DNA of 64,000 nucleotides from an uncultured Mycoplasma sp. (GTDB taxonomy: Bacteria > Bacillota_I > Bacilli_A > RF39 > UBA660). Position 1 is the first letter of the stretch. Every line of letters begins with the position of its first letter. Shown here piece by piece: positions 63,701 to 64,000 of the stretch. The position numbers and the translations under genes were made by a program. A model generated the notes under the pieces. It was not told the origin of the DNA. It searched no databases and saw nothing but the letters and a program-made list of their open reading frames with translations. Where the stretch lies: assembly GCA_964616405.1 (NCBI GenBank), contig CAZTRE010000003.1:201-64200 (forward strand), read 5' to 3'.

Positions 63701-64000
63701 AGTATAATTAAATATATTGTTGATGAAGCAAAACGAGAAAATATTGCTATAGAACAGTTATGGTTAGATAAAATTCCCGATAAGATTTTTGTTGAAGAAT
63801 TAAAGAAAAAATACAACTATGAGATTAAGAAGAATGTAATTAATCCAGTAATTGGTGAATATGATGATCCAGACAACCAACAACAAAATATTTTAACCCT
63901 ACCAATTTCAACCGATGGAAATACAATTGTCTTTGGATCCGGTGGAAGTGGAAAAGAGCTTATGCTTCAAAATATCGTTTATTCTACGATTACCACCCAT
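60739..64000 (+). CDS. essC: type VII secretion system FtsK/SpoIIIE-family ATPase EssC/YukB (3'-partial, runs off the window)
   Basis: GTG start after ggggtga. Two N-terminal FHA-like domains, two TM helices, then D1 ATPase (HGPHGLIAGMTGSGKSE...LIDYKGGG...FIISDEFAELK...RIGRSLGVHLILATQKP) and the start of D2 (VFGSGGSGK). These motifs are typical of S. aureus EssC. No stop before position 64000. Confidence 0.9.

Noticed and set aside
1-64000. CRISPR arrays, transposases or integrases
   Set aside because: No direct-repeat/spacer periodicity, no IS-type inverted repeats and no recombinase-like ORFs detected anywhere in the window. The accessory regions appear to be gene-decay or insertion remnants without recognisable mobility genes.

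Overview
Low-GC (about 30%) Bacillota-type chromosomal window, identified from motifs only (no searches were possible). It is anchored by the ribosomal-protein superoperon S10-spc-alpha (rpsJ through rplQ, 36.8-50.9 kb, with secY, adk, map, infA, rpmJ, rpoA) followed by truA, rplM and rpsI. Other core genes are prfB (with the conserved +1 programmed frameshift), ftsE and ftsX with a coiled-coil M23 hydrolase, uvrB and uvrA, lgt, yvcK, whiA, clpP, gap-pgk-tpiA, gpmI, spo0A, dinB, and an anaerobe-type oxidative-stress cluster (Fur/PerR, rubrerythrin, desulfoferrodoxin, ArsC/Spx-like). The window ends in a 3'-truncated essC (type VIIb secretion FtsK/SpoIIIE ATPase with N-terminal FHA domains). 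The most unusual region is 56.9-64 kb, an island between rpsI and essC. It holds a GNAT gene fragment, a transglutaminase-like C-H-D protein, an intact GNAT, then a strongly RBS-driven 2-TM holin-like protein translationally coupled to a signal-peptide-less M23 endopeptidase, immediately upstream of essC, which has its own sigma-A-like promoter. This is a T7SS locus whose essC is preceded by a holin/M23 lysis-cassette-like module instead of essB. Other non-canonical features are listed below. (1) A degenerate EcfA/EcfA' ATPase pair without EcfT. (2) A three-gene insertion between truA and rplM. (3) A radical SAM/SPASM enzyme plus a 240-aa partner wedged between uvrB and uvrA. (4) A leader-peptide-like small ORF and hairpin before an ABC exporter. 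(5) A LysR/hydrolase deletion scar. (6) A glycolytic operon interrupted by spo0A and an ATPase. (7) Absence of rpmD (L30). No rRNA, tRNA, CRISPR array, integrase or transposase was recognised.
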